Source: Acidimicrobiia bacterium (GTDB taxonomy: Bacteria; Acidobacteriota; Vicinamibacteria; Vicinamibacterales; SCN-69-37). Taken from it: 64,000 nt of DNA. The position numbers and the translations under genes were made by a program. The stretch covers positions 7,968-71,967 of the forward strand of contig BTVE01000010.1 in assembly GCA_045862915.1 (NCBI GenBank), in the 5' to 3' direction. A model generated the notes under the pieces. The model had not been told where the DNA came from and made no database searches. It saw only the letters and a program-made list of their open reading frames with translations. Below, piece by piece: positions 1-9,307 of this stretch (its first letter is position 1; every line of letters starts with the position of its first letter).

Positions 1-1513
1 TCATGTCGTCCGGCGGAATCGTTTCGAGAAAGTCGAGATTGGTGTGACCGCCGGTGCCGCCGACACGATCCTGCAGGAACTGGAATCCCGGCAGGCCCAC
101 GCGGTCAAACGAGATGTGATCGGTGCTGCCGACGCCGCGCGCTGACACCGTCGTCATCCCGAGATCGTGAAACGGAGCCGTCCAGGCCGTGAGCATGGCG
201 CGCGCGGCTTCGTTGCCCTGCAGGTAAATGCCGCGATATTGGCCCGGACCATAGTCCTGGTTGAAGTATGCCGAAAACTTCTCGTACGCCGGCGTCCTAC
301 CGGTCGGCGCGGCCGGGTCGCCAAACGTGCGCAGCACGTACTCACGCGACCCGTGGAGCCCCTGTTCTTCGCCGGCCCAAAGCGCCGCACGAATCGTACG
401 CCGTGGCGTCGCGCCGACCGCACGCAGCAAACGCATCGCTTCCAGCACCACTGCAACGCCTGACGTGTTGTCGCTGGCATTGGGACTGGCGTGCCACGTG
501 TCGAAGTGTGCGCCAATCATCACCACTTCGTCGGCCAGGTCCGTGCCGGTGATCTCTCCAAACAGATTGCGCGCCTGCTCGGTCGTGGCGCCGATACGGT
601 TCCGGATCTCGATTTCGATCGTGACGGGCAGGTTGCGTTCGCGCAGGCGATACATGCGGTTGTAGTGCTCCGGCGTGATGGCGACGATGGCCGGCGCAGC
701 CAGCGAGCCGTCACGACTCCAACCATCGACACGAGTGCCCGGCCGCGCGAATCCACGCACGGCGCCTGGCCAGCCACTCTCCGACTGCAGTACGGCCACC
801 ACACCCTCCGCCTTGTAGAAGGCCATCTTCTCCTCGGCGCGCACCACAGTGGTGTTGGGGGCAGCCGCCGGAGCTGTGGCCGTCGGTACGCCGGCCGCCG
901 CGGGTGCCGGCGCCGGCGTAGGCGGCAGTGGCTGTGCGAGCAACGCGAGGTCGGCGTCGGTGTATCGCGCCACGCCATTGGTGAACCGCGCGCGATCGAC
1001 CACGGCCGGCGGTGTCGACAACACCGACGTCCCGCGCAAGGTGCCGCGGAGGCGTTCAAGGTCCGCCCGTGACCGAATCTCGGCGATGACCACCGGCGTC
1101 CGCTGTTTGCCGTTGGTGCCGGGCGTGTGTGAGAGGGGATATCCCACCATCGGCTGATAGTCGGGCTCAAGCAGGTGCAGCGAGGAGTACTCGTAGTCCC
1201 AGCGCACGCCGTAGTCCATGAACGGCTCGCTGGCCACGTTCGTAAGTCCAATCTCGCGCATCTGGCCCAGCGCCCACGTCTGTGCGCGCGCCATGTCATC
1301 GCTGAGCGTGAGGCGGCCGCCCAGTACATCGGTCATGTAGGACAACGTGTCCATGACTCGCGACCGCGTCAGTCCCTCTTCCCGCAGCCGCGCCACCATG
1401 CCGGCATCGACGCCGAAACTCTGTCTGGCGCCGACAGCGATGTCAGAGCCACAGACGATCAGAAGGACACAGGCGCCAGCAAGACTGCCGGCAGCCCAGG
1501 GGCGGAGCCGCAT
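1..1513 (-). CDS. M28 family metallopeptidase (C-terminal end runs off the window)
   Basis: My own translation of the minus strand from the ATG at 1513 gives MRLRPWAAGSLAGACVLLIV (signal-like). Later motifs are IGAHFDTWHASPNASDNTSGVAVVLE and EEQGLHGS, typical M28 zinc ligands. The frame is open to position 2. It is missing from the ORF track because it crosses the window edge. Confidence 0.8.
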   Translation of the reverse strand, partial: MRLRPWAAGSLAGACVLLIVCGSDIAVGARQSFGVDAGMVARLREEGLTRSRVMDTLSYMTDVLGGRLTLSDDMARAQTWALGQMREIGLTNVASEPFMDYGVRWDYEYSSLHLLEPDYQPMVGYPLSHTPGTNGKQRTPVVIAEIRSRADLERLRGTLRGTSVLSTPPAVVDRARFTNGVARYTDADLALLAQPLPPTPAPAPAAAGVPTATAPAAAPNTTVVRAEEKMAFYKAEGVVAVLQSESGWPGAVRGFARPGTRVDGWSRDGSLAAPAIVAITPEHYNRMYRLRERNLPVTIEIEIRNRIGATTEQARNLFGEITGTDLADEVVMIGAHFDTWHASPNASDNTSGVAVVLEAMRLLRAVGATPRRTIRAALWAGEEQGLHGSREYVLRTFGDPAAPTGRTPAYEKFSAYFNQDYGPGQYRGIYLQGNEAARAMLTAWTAPFHDLGMTTVSARGVGSTDHISFDRVGLPGFQFLQDRVGGTGGHTNLDFLETIPPDDM

Positions 1514-1597
1514 GAGGTGTGACACGCGGGGCATGATGCCATGGGATCGGGTCCAACGGGTCCAACGGGTCCCGTGACTGTGGCAGAATGCCCCGCC

Positions 1598-2275
1598 ATG
1601 ACACCCACCCGCGGCTGGTTCTACCCGGTGATGGCGCTCGTGTGCCTGCTGATCGTCTTCGCAGGCTTTGCGCCCACGTACTACCTTCGCACCGACGACG
1701 CACCGGCGCTGGCGGCGATCACGCACGTGCATGCGGTGGTGTTCACTGGGTGGATGCTGCTCTTTCTGGCCCAGGTGACTCTGGTAGCCACTGGCCGCCG
1801 CGCACTACACAAACAGCTGGGTGTCGTTGGCGTGATTGTCGCTGCCGCCATGGTTGTCCTTGGCGTCGTCGTGTCACTCGACTCGGCGCGACGCGCCGTT
1901 GTCGCGGGGCAGGGTGATGAGGCGCTCGCGTTTCTCATCGTTCCCCTCGGCTCGATGATTTCTTTTGCGACGTTGATCGTGGCCGCGGTGGCCTGCCGCG
2001 CACAGACCGACCTGCACAGGCGCCTGATGTTCATGGCCACGGTCGCGATGCTTCCAGCCGCCATCGGGCGAATTCCGAATATGGGAGATCCGCTGCCGTT
2101 CACCCTCGTGTTCCTTGGGCTGCTCTGGGCGCCCCTGGTCGCCGATCGTCTGGCCGGGCGTCGACTGAGCCGTCTGAGCCTGTGGGGAGGACTGGTGCTG
2201 TACGCGTACGAGCTGGGCCGCTTCTTCTCGCAGCAGTCAGAGTGGTGGATGGCGATCGCGAAGAGGTTGGTGTAG
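1598..2275 (+). CDS. hypothetical multi-pass membrane protein
   Basis: ORF 1541..2275. The ATG at 1598 (MTPTRGWFYPVMALVCLLIV) starts several hydrophobic segments. No family recognised. Confidence 0.6.
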   Translation: MTPTRGWFYPVMALVCLLIVFAGFAPTYYLRTDDAPALAAITHVHAVVFTGWMLLFLAQVTLVATGRRALHKQLGVVGVIVAAAMVVLGVVVSLDSARRAVVAGQGDEALAFLIVPLGSMISFATLIVAAVACRAQTDLHRRLMFMATVAMLPAAIGRIPNMGDPLPFTLVFLGLLWAPLVADRLAGRRLSRLSLWGGLVLYAYELGRFFSQQSEWWMAIAKRLV

Positions 2276-2328
2276 CCGCCATGCGCCTGGTAGACGCACG
2301 ACAGAGCCGGCGGGTATCATCCCGCCCC

Positions 2329-3810
2329 ATGTCCAAGACTGCCCCAGCGTTGTTGCTGTCTGTGGTTGTGGTCGGCGTCGCGGTGTCCGCGAGCCAGCAG
2401 GCCACGCCGCGTCGACCGAACATCATCTACATCCTCGCTGACGACCTCGGCTACAGCGAGGTCGGCGCCTTCGGTCAGACCAAGATCAAGACCCCCGTGC
2501 TCGATCAGATGGCGGCGGAGGGCATCAAGCTGACGCACCATTATTCCGGCAGCCCGGTGTGTGCGCCGACGCGCGCGTCATTCCTCACCGGCTTGCACAC
2601 CGGCCACAGCGTCATTCGCGACAATCTCGAGTTCGGCGGCTACCTGGATGCGGAGGAGCGCGGCCAGATGCCGCTGCCTGCCGGCACACAGACGATTGCC
2701 CGCGTGCTGAAGACCGCTGGCTACGCCACGGGCATCATCGGCAAGTGGGGCCTTGGAGGGCCGAACACCGAGGGCGTACCCACCAAACACGGCTTCGACT
2801 ATTTTCTGGGCTACCTGGACCAGAAACAGGCGCACAACTTCTATCCGACGCACCTGTGGCAGAACGAAGAGTGGTACGCGCTGCGCAACACGTACTTTTC
2901 GCCGCATCAGAAACACGACGGTGATCCGAACGACCCGCGCTCATACGACAAATACAAGGGCACCGACTACAGCCTCGACGTGATGGCCGATGATGCCGTG
3001 CGGTTCATCCGGGAGCACAAAGATCGCCCCTTCTTCTTGTACGTGCCCTTCACCGTACCGCATGCCGCACTGCAGGTGCCCGACGAGGAACTGAAGCAAT
3101 ACGAGGGGATGTTCGACGAAAAGCCCTACCTCGGCGATCGCAGCTACCTGCCGCACCCGCGGCCACTCTCGGCCTACGCCGGAATGATCTCCCGCATGGA
3201 CCGCCACATCGGCCGCTTCTTTGCAACGCTCAAGGAGCTCGGACTCGACAACGACACCATCGTCATCTTCACGAGCGACAACGGGACCACGTACAACGGC
3301 GGCGTGAACGCCGAGTTCTTCCGCAGCGTGGGCGACTTTCGCGGACTCAAGGGATCCGTGTATGAGGGAGGCATCCGCGTGCCGTTCATTGCCCGGTGGC
3401 CCGGGAAGATCGCTCCGGGCACCGAGTCTGCGCACCCCTCAGCGATTTGGGACATGTTCCCGACGTTCACGGAACTGGCGGGCGCCGCCACACCAGATGG
3501 GCTGGATGGGCTGTCTCTCGTGCCAACGTTGACGGGGGTCGGCACGCAACGTGTGCACGCGTCGATGTACTGGGAGTACCACGGTCTCTGGAAGGGAGCG
3601 CAAGCCGTACGACTCGGCAACTGGAAGGGTGTGCGCCTCGGGGGGCACGACAGTGCCGACGCACCGATCGAGGTGTACGACCTGGCCGCGGATCCGTCAG
3701 AAAAAAACAATGTTGCGGATGCGCATCCGGACATCGTTGCCCGCGTACGCGCGGTGATGGAGAGCCGGACCGAATCTCCGGTGGAACGCTGGAATTTCAA
3801 GAAGCGATGA
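2329..3810 (+). CDS. formylglycine-dependent sulfatase (arylsulfatase A / GalNAc-6-sulfatase-like), secreted
   Basis: ORF 2182..3810. An internal ATG at 2329 gives the signal peptide MSKTAPALLLSVVVVGVAVSA. Sulfatase signature C-x-P-x-R is present in SPVCAPTRASFLTG. Confidence 0.9.
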   Translation: MSKTAPALLLSVVVVGVAVSASQQATPRRPNIIYILADDLGYSEVGAFGQTKIKTPVLDQMAAEGIKLTHHYSGSPVCAPTRASFLTGLHTGHSVIRDNLEFGGYLDAEERGQMPLPAGTQTIARVLKTAGYATGIIGKWGLGGPNTEGVPTKHGFDYFLGYLDQKQAHNFYPTHLWQNEEWYALRNTYFSPHQKHDGDPNDPRSYDKYKGTDYSLDVMADDAVRFIREHKDRPFFLYVPFTVPHAALQVPDEELKQYEGMFDEKPYLGDRSYLPHPRPLSAYAGMISRMDRHIGRFFATLKELGLDNDTIVIFTSDNGTTYNGGVNAEFFRSVGDFRGLKGSVYEGGIRVPFIARWPGKIAPGTESAHPSAIWDMFPTFTELAGAATPDGLDGLSLVPTLTGVGTQRVHASMYWEYHGLWKGAQAVRLGNWKGVRLGGHDSADAPIEVYDLAADPSEKNNVADAHPDIVARVRAVMESRTESPVERWNFKKR

Positions 3811-4946
3811 CGCGACTGACCGTCACCGTCGCCGGGTTGTGTGTCCTCGCCTCTGCGACGGCCCAGCCAACTCTTGACTCGCAGGTGATCGCGACCGCCG
3901 GTACCGGCTCGCCGTTTTATCGAATTCCCGCACTGACCACGACGACCGCCGGAACGGTGCTGGCGGCGTATGACGCAAGGCCGACGCTGGCCGACTTGCC
4001 GGGACCGCTGTCGATTGTCATGCGCCGCAGCAGGGACGGAGGCCGAACGTGGAGTCCGCAGACGGTCGTGCGCCGGGGGCCGGCGCCGGAAGGCTACGGC
4101 GATCCGAGCTTCATCGTCGATCGCGTCAACGGGCGCGTGTTCCTGTTCCACGCCGCGAGCCAGCAGCAGGGCTTTTTCGGCGCGAAATCCGGCAATCGTG
4201 ACGATGACCCCGACGTGCTGCACGCCGACTACGGATACTCGGATGACGATGGCGTCACGTGGACGTGGCGTCGATTGACCAGCACCATCAAGCAGCCCGA
4301 CTGGGGCGGACTGTTTGCCGCGTCAGGGGAGGGCACCCAATTGAGGTTCGGGGCACGTGCCGGCCGTTTGCTGCAGCCCTATGTTGTGCGGCGTGATGGG
4401 CGCAACTGGGCGGCGACGGCCTACAGCGACGACCATGGCGCGACGTGGGAGATGGGCGCGCTGGTGGGGCCGGACGCCGACGAGAGCAAGGTGGTGGAGT
4501 TGTCCGACGGCCGACTCATGCTGACCATTCGCGCGCGTCCGGTTCGAAAGGTCGCGTGGTCGAACGACGGGGGCGCCACGTGGACGGGGTTACGCGATGA
4601 ACCCGCACTGATTGATCCGGCCAACAACGGATCGGTGATGCGACTGTTTCCCGACGCTCCAGCCGGCTCGCCCGAAGCACGACAGCTGTTGTTGTCACAC
4701 ACCAACCATTCCAGCCGACGCGAAAACCTCGTCATTCGACGGTCGTGTGACGATGGGCAGACGTGGTCGGCGCCGGTCGTCGTTGAGCCCGGTGCCGCTT
4801 CGTATTCGACGCTGACTCGACTGCCGGACGGCCGGGTGGGCCTGCTCTACGAACGGGGCACCGTCAACGCGCTGGTGTTTGCATCGTTCGAGCCTGCCTG
4901 GCTGAGTGCGGGGCCGGCGACGTGTGGGTCGGTGGGACCTGGCTGA
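3807..4946 (+). CDS. exo-alpha-sialidase (BNR/Asp-box beta-propeller)
   Basis: The ATG at 3807 overlaps the sulfatase TGA (ATGA). Signal peptide MTRLTVTVAGLCVLASATA and an RIP motif (FYRIPAL) are present. There are five Asp-boxes: SRDGGRTW, SDDDGVTW, SDDHGATW, SNDGGATW, CDDGQTW. Confidence 0.9.
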   Translation: MTRLTVTVAGLCVLASATAQPTLDSQVIATAGTGSPFYRIPALTTTTAGTVLAAYDARPTLADLPGPLSIVMRRSRDGGRTWSPQTVVRRGPAPEGYGDPSFIVDRVNGRVFLFHAASQQQGFFGAKSGNRDDDPDVLHADYGYSDDDGVTWTWRRLTSTIKQPDWGGLFAASGEGTQLRFGARAGRLLQPYVVRRDGRNWAATAYSDDHGATWEMGALVGPDADESKVVELSDGRLMLTIRARPVRKVAWSNDGGATWTGLRDEPALIDPANNGSVMRLFPDAPAGSPEARQLLLSHTNHSSRRENLVIRRSCDDGQTWSAPVVVEPGAASYSTLTRLPDGRVGLLYERGTVNALVFASFEPAWLSAGPATCGSVGPG

Positions 4947-4949
4947 GCG

Positions 4950-6254
4950 TCAGCCACGAGCAGCGATGACGCGGTGCGCGTTACCGATCGCGGCCGTCAC
5001 CTCTTCGCCGAGCCCAGCCGCAGCGGCGAATTCCGGCCATCGGCGGACCGCAGCGGTGACCTCGTCGGCGATCGCGTCAGCCCGCCCACGTTTGAGTCCT
5101 GCGACCTGAGCAACGGCACGCAGGTCGTCGCGCGTGAATCCGTCACGTTTGCCGTTCACCGTCATCTGATGCGCTGACGTCCACGCGCCCGCCGGGTTGT
5201 AGCTGTACGTCACGTCAAACGCCGGCGCGAGCGACCACGTGCCGGCCTTGTCCATCAGGAACGCAATGTTCTTCACGTGATCGTCCTGATTGCGTCCGAC
5301 GATGTTAAAGACCATGCGGCGGAATTGTTCTTCCAGCGCCGACATCGGGAGACCGAGTGTGCGCATGACCTGAAACGCCTGCTCGTAGCCGTACGCACCC
5401 GCCTGGTTGTAGTCGAAATGGGCCAGCGCGGCCAGCGAGGACATGTGAAGCTTGCGTCCCGCATCGTCGCGATCAAAACGTCGCGTCATGAAGTGACGCC
5501 GGCCATGTTCCTCGAGGAGGCGGCACTCGGTCATGGTCAGGCCGGCGGCTTGAGCCATCAGCGAGTATGCGTATTCGATGACGCCGTACCCCTGCGGGTC
5601 ATCGAGTTCCTTGTCACGGTTGCCGGCGACCCCGTCAAACTTCAACAACCAGTATTGAAAGCCGTCACCGGCAGGCACCTGTCCTGATCGCACTTCGTTT
5701 GTCTGTGGATTCCACGCGATGACGGCTTTGGCCCGTGCGCCGCCAGCAGATGTGCCGACCACGAGGATATCCGTCAGCCCACTCGGATCCGCATCGTCAT
5801 CCAATCGTCCACCCACGTGTTCGTGTCGGGTGAGGACGTCGGAGGCGAGTTGCACGAGTGCCTCAACGTCTACCGGCGTGGACTGGCCGGCGCGCGGGCC
5901 AAGCGCAGGCCGATATTCGAGTGCACCCATGCCGCGGGACCCGGTGTAGCAGAGCCGTTCAACCGGCGTGAAGCTCGCCGGCGTCCGGCCTTGTGTCGCA
6001 AGCCAGGCATCAATCAGCGCGTTGCCGAACCGATCGGGCAGTGAGTCTGCGAGCATGCCCGGCAAGCCGTGAAAGGCCGCACGAGGCAGCGTGGGAAATT
6101 CGTACACCAACGATCCCAGCGGCATCATCAACGGCGCGACCTCGATGCCACTGCGCGAGAACTCGGGCGTGAACTCAAACGCCGCGTGGTCCCGCCCGTC
6201 GACCATCGCCACCGCGCCGATCGTGCTGCCCCACAGCCGCACCTCAGCGATCAC
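4950..6254 (-). CDS. hipA: HipA-family serine/threonine kinase toxin (type II TA)
   Basis: 434 aa. HipA-like N-terminal region and catalytic loop GRNQDDHVKNIAFL. Overlaps the upstream HTH gene by 4 nt. Confidence 0.9.
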   Translation of the reverse strand: MIAEVRLWGSTIGAVAMVDGRDHAAFEFTPEFSRSGIEVAPLMMPLGSLVYEFPTLPRAAFHGLPGMLADSLPDRFGNALIDAWLATQGRTPASFTPVERLCYTGSRGMGALEYRPALGPRAGQSTPVDVEALVQLASDVLTRHEHVGGRLDDDADPSGLTDILVVGTSAGGARAKAVIAWNPQTNEVRSGQVPAGDGFQYWLLKFDGVAGNRDKELDDPQGYGVIEYAYSLMAQAAGLTMTECRLLEEHGRRHFMTRRFDRDDAGRKLHMSSLAALAHFDYNQAGAYGYEQAFQVMRTLGLPMSALEEQFRRMVFNIVGRNQDDHVKNIAFLMDKAGTWSLAPAFDVTYSYNPAGAWTSAHQMTVNGKRDGFTRDDLRAVAQVAGLKRGRADAIADEVTAAVRRWPEFAAAAGLGEEVTAAIGNAHRVIAARG

Positions 6255-6604
6255 GATTCATCGCCCCACGTCCACGTGCGCGTCGCAGTTACCTTCACCC
6301 GTCGTCCTGACGCCCGTTTCCGGCGACGCCCTTCGAGCTTGAGCTGTTCAACCGGACTGATGGTTTGCTCGGGGATCAGAGCCTCAAAACGGTCCAGCAG
6401 CCCGAGCACACGCAACACGCGCACGAGCGCCGATAGCCGCGACGCGACCTCGCCTGACTCCAGACGCTCGACGGTGCGTTTCGATATGCCCGCCTCCTGA
6501 GCCAAAGCCGTCTGGGTGAGGTTGTGCGCGAGCCTGGCGTCAGTCAGTCTGCGACCGAGCTCCTGGAGGACGGCCCGGTCCGACCGCTGCTCTCTCTCTT
6601 GCAT
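6251..6604 (-). CDS. hipB: XRE-family HTH antitoxin (HipB-like)
   Basis: 117 aa with HTH LTQTALAQEAGISKRTVERLESGE. 4-nt overlap with hipA. Confidence 0.85.
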   Translation of the reverse strand: MQEREQRSDRAVLQELGRRLTDARLAHNLTQTALAQEAGISKRTVERLESGEVASRLSALVRVLRVLGLLDRFEALIPEQTISPVEQLKLEGRRRKRASGRRVKVTATRTWTWGDES

Positions 6605-6672
6605 ATATCGTCATTATAGCCAATTTATTGGTCAATATTGGTCTTTCTAGCCATAAATGACGAGTTATTTGT
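6605..6672. promoter_or_regulatory. AT-rich divergent promoter/operator region between hipB and vapB
   Basis: Strikingly AT-rich stretch in a GC-rich genome. Contains inverted repeats CCAAT-TT-ATTGG (6620..6631) and CAATATTG (6633..6640). Direct repeats TAGCCA lie at 6617 and 6648. Confidence 0.5.
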
Positions 6673-6735
6673 ATGTACATCACGGATTATCGAGGACTCG
6701 TTGACCCGATTGCTCGGTCAGTGCACGATAAGTGC

Positions 6736-6993
6736 ATGGCCGTGAAGACGATCACCATTGACCTTGAAGCCTACGAGGCGCTGGCGCGTCGCAAACGTGC
6801 CGGCCAGTCCTTCTCTCAGGTGATCAAGGAGCATTTTGGGCCGCAGCCGACCGCCGGTCGGTTTCTTGAGCGATTGCGCAACGTCCGGCTGCCCGAGGCG
6901 GCGGTGGAGGCGGCCGATGCCCTCGTGCGTGACCGAGCGGACGATCCTGCACGGGTCGTACTGTTGGATGCAGACGAACGCGGGCGTCGATGA
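6736..6993 (+). CDS. vapB: VapB-type antitoxin (putative-antitoxin/DUF217-like N-terminus)
   Basis: ORF 6673..6993. The ATG at 6736 gives MAVKTITIDLEAYEALARRKRAGQSFSQVI, a typical antitoxin N-terminus. Overlaps the PIN gene with ATGA. Confidence 0.75.
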   Translation: MAVKTITIDLEAYEALARRKRAGQSFSQVIKEHFGPQPTAGRFLERLRNVRLPEAAVEAADALVRDRADDPARVVLLDADERGRR

Positions 6994-7397
6994 TTCATCT
7001 CGACACCAGCTTTCTCATCGACCTCGAACGCGAGACCTTACGCGATCGACCCGGGGCGGCGTTCGAATTTCTTGAATCGCTGGACGCGGCGGAAGTCCTG
7101 GCCGTCTCGGTGCACGTGTTGTGTGAGTTACGAACTGGAGCTGAGCTCACCCGACAACCCATGCACGCCCACGAGGCCGTCGATCAACTGATTTCAGGCC
7201 TGCTGGTGGTGTATCCAGACGATCGATTTGCGCCCACCTATGCGCGACTGCTCGCAGCCATCAGGCAGGCCGGCCTCGTTGTTGCTGCCATGGATCTACT
7301 CATCGCGACTGCTGCGGTGCTCGACGATGCGCCGGTGGTGACGCGGAATGTCAAGGACTTCACCAGGATTCCCGGTCTACGCGTGTTGCAGTACTGA
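6990..7397 (+). CDS. vapC: PIN-domain ribonuclease toxin VapC
   Basis: 135 aa. MIHLDTSFLIDLE carries the N-terminal acidic residue, and the size and layout are PIN-like. Confidence 0.9.
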   Translation: MIHLDTSFLIDLERETLRDRPGAAFEFLESLDAAEVLAVSVHVLCELRTGAELTRQPMHAHEAVDQLISGLLVVYPDDRFAPTYARLLAAIRQAGLVVAAMDLLIATAAVLDDAPVVTRNVKDFTRIPGLRVLQY

Positions 7398-7445
7398 GTG
7401 GGGCTCACTCTACGTGGTGCTAAGCCCAGCCGTTAGAATGCGCCG

Positions 7446-7871
7446 ATGAGCTACCGCCGCACACAGATCGGATGGCTGACCGGGGGGATTCCGCTCGTGT
7501 TCTTCTTCACGATCGGCCTGGTCATGTGCGTGGCCGGGCATCTACCGCTGGGCCTCGGCATCTTGGCGCTCGGCGCGCTCATCGTGGCTCTGTTCGGCTG
7601 GCTGACGGTGACGGTCGAGTCCAACGCGGTGCGAGTGGCGTTCGGCGTGGGCTACCAGCGCACGATTCCTCTTTCGGAGATTCGGTCGGCGCGACCCTCG
7701 CGATCGCCGTGGTGGGCCGGGTGGGGAATCCGATTTGTGCCCCGCGGTCTGCTGTACAACGTGGCTGGCCGTCAGGTCGTCGAGCTCGAACTATCGAACG
7801 GCAGGCGGGCGCTGATCGGCACCGAAGACCCTGAAGGTCTCACGCGCGCGGTAAACGAGCGGATCGGATAA
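7446..7871 (+). CDS. hypothetical membrane protein
   Basis: 141 aa with two N-terminal TM segments followed by a small soluble domain. No family recognised. Confidence 0.55.
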   Translation: MSYRRTQIGWLTGGIPLVFFFTIGLVMCVAGHLPLGLGILALGALIVALFGWLTVTVESNAVRVAFGVGYQRTIPLSEIRSARPSRSPWWAGWGIRFVPRGLLYNVAGRQVVELELSNGRRALIGTEDPEGLTRAVNERIG

Positions 7872-7900
7872 CGTGCCGCAGGGCGCCATGGCGCACTGAT

Positions 7901-9307
7901 TCACTTCACCAGCCGCGTGTCCGGAAACTGCGCGTACCAGCCAAACCAGAACGCGCGGAAGGCGGCCACGCGGGGCAACTTTCGTCGGCCGCCTTCTGAT
8001 ACCAGTGCGTCCTCGGTGACGGTCCAGCGTGTGCCCGACCCGTCCCGCACCCGCCCGTCGTCAATCCATTCGACGATGCGGGTGTCGCCCACCTCGAAGA
8101 CACGATTGGCGCCGCGTCGTGAGGTCAACACGACAAACGAGCGGCCTTCGACCGTTTCGTGATGGATGCGTGTACGGGCCAGGTAGTCCGCTGAAAATGC
8201 GACGGCCTGGCGACCACCACCGACTGCCGGCACAAGGAGGCCCAGCACCTCATCCTTGTTCTTGAGCCTGGTGTCGAGTTTCGGCACACGGAACATGAGG
8301 CGGTCGGTCTGGAAGTAGTCGCGATAGGCCGCACCCTCCCCGTAGTCGCGATCGTGCCCGGTGTCGAGTGACAACACTGTCGTCTTCGGATGGGTGCGTC
8401 GCCACTCGCCCCACGTGGTGGTGACGATCGGCAGAGCTTCAAGCGTGAGCGGTTGTCCCGCGAGTGGACCGATCACCGGCGTGCCGTCGAGCGTGGACCA
8501 GAGACTCATCGACTCGCGATCGAACATGAGCTTGTTCGAACGATACAGCAGGCCGCTTGTGCCGAACGTCCGCTTCGTGTCGCCAACCACGCTTTTGTAC
8601 GGGATGACCGAGCCGCAGAGTGTGCAGTAGACGATGGTGAGGTCGACGTTACCGAAGCGGTCGAGCGCCATTTCGTGCCAGGCAAGAATGCGCTTGGGAT
8701 AGGCGCGAGCCTCACCGTTCACCACAAGTCCGAAGATGACGTGTGAGTCACCGAGATAGCCGGCTTCTGCCGCGGGAATGGTGCGCGCGTGATCCAGCGG
8801 GGGAATGCCGTTTACCCCAACACCGCCCCAGTCCACTTCATCGAGTCGGATGGTCGCGCGTGTGCGGGACTCAAAGAACTGCCGCATGCGCGGATCGATG
8901 TGCGCGTACACCGCCGCCTTGAACGCGGCGTACTCGGGGTGTGGGTCGAAGGGGAGGCTCCACATCCACTCGCGCCAGCGGTTGAGGTCATCGCCGAAGC
9001 GTTGACCGGTCTGCCGCTCGAGGAACCTGATCAGGCGGACACGCACGGGGTTCGGAAAGGGCTCGCCGTTCACCACCCGAGGCGGCAACAGGCGCGCCAC
9101 GTCGATGAACATGGCGGCCCAGCCGTCTTTCCATGATGCGGCGATCTGCGCCAACGCCCTGTCAGCCACTGCAGCGTCAGCTCCAGCGGCGTCGAGAAAG
9201 ACCGAGACAGGTGGAACCTGTGTCGCGCGCGCGCGGACATCTGCGCCCACGCCCACCAGCGCGGCGCCAACCAGAACGCCGACCGCGACGCGCAGCCCTC
9301 CTGTCAT
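7901..9307 (-). CDS. DUF3179 domain protein, secreted/anchored
   Basis: ORF 7901..9433. The ATG at 9307 (MTGGLRVAVGVLVGAALVGV) overlaps the DoxX stop as ATGA. DUF3179-type motif IVYCTLCGSVIPY is present. Confidence 0.8.
   Translation of the reverse strand: MTGGLRVAVGVLVGAALVGVGADVRARATQVPPVSVFLDAAGADAAVADRALAQIAASWKDGWAAMFIDVARLLPPRVVNGEPFPNPVRVRLIRFLERQTGQRFGDDLNRWREWMWSLPFDPHPEYAAFKAAVYAHIDPRMRQFFESRTRATIRLDEVDWGGVGVNGIPPLDHARTIPAAEAGYLGDSHVIFGLVVNGEARAYPKRILAWHEMALDRFGNVDLTIVYCTLCGSVIPYKSVVGDTKRTFGTSGLLYRSNKLMFDRESMSLWSTLDGTPVIGPLAGQPLTLEALPIVTTTWGEWRRTHPKTTVLSLDTGHDRDYGEGAAYRDYFQTDRLMFRVPKLDTRLKNKDEVLGLLVPAVGGGRQAVAFSADYLARTRIHHETVEGRSFVVLTSRRGANRVFEVGDTRIVEWIDDGRVRDGSGTRWTVTEDALVSEGGRRKLPRVAAFRAFWFGWYAQFPDTRLVK

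Noticed and set aside
520-1329. Long Arg/Pro/Ala-rich ORFs on the opposite strand or in alternative frames of real genes. Examples: 520..1329(-), 3174..4223(-), 13974..14873(-), 22193..23470(-), 26441..27499(-), 45860..47401(-), 59156..60328(+).
   Set aside because: They have typical high-GC shadow-ORF composition (R/P/A/G-rich, no motifs). Each overlaps a gene with clear family signatures.
2182-3806. N-terminal extensions of the longest ORFs (sulfatase from 2182, sialidase from 3396, DUF3179 from 9433, PQQ-propeller protein from 43912, and others).
   Set aside because: Internal ATGs give canonical signal peptides and tidy ATGA junctions, and the extensions are Arg-rich with no homology-like features.
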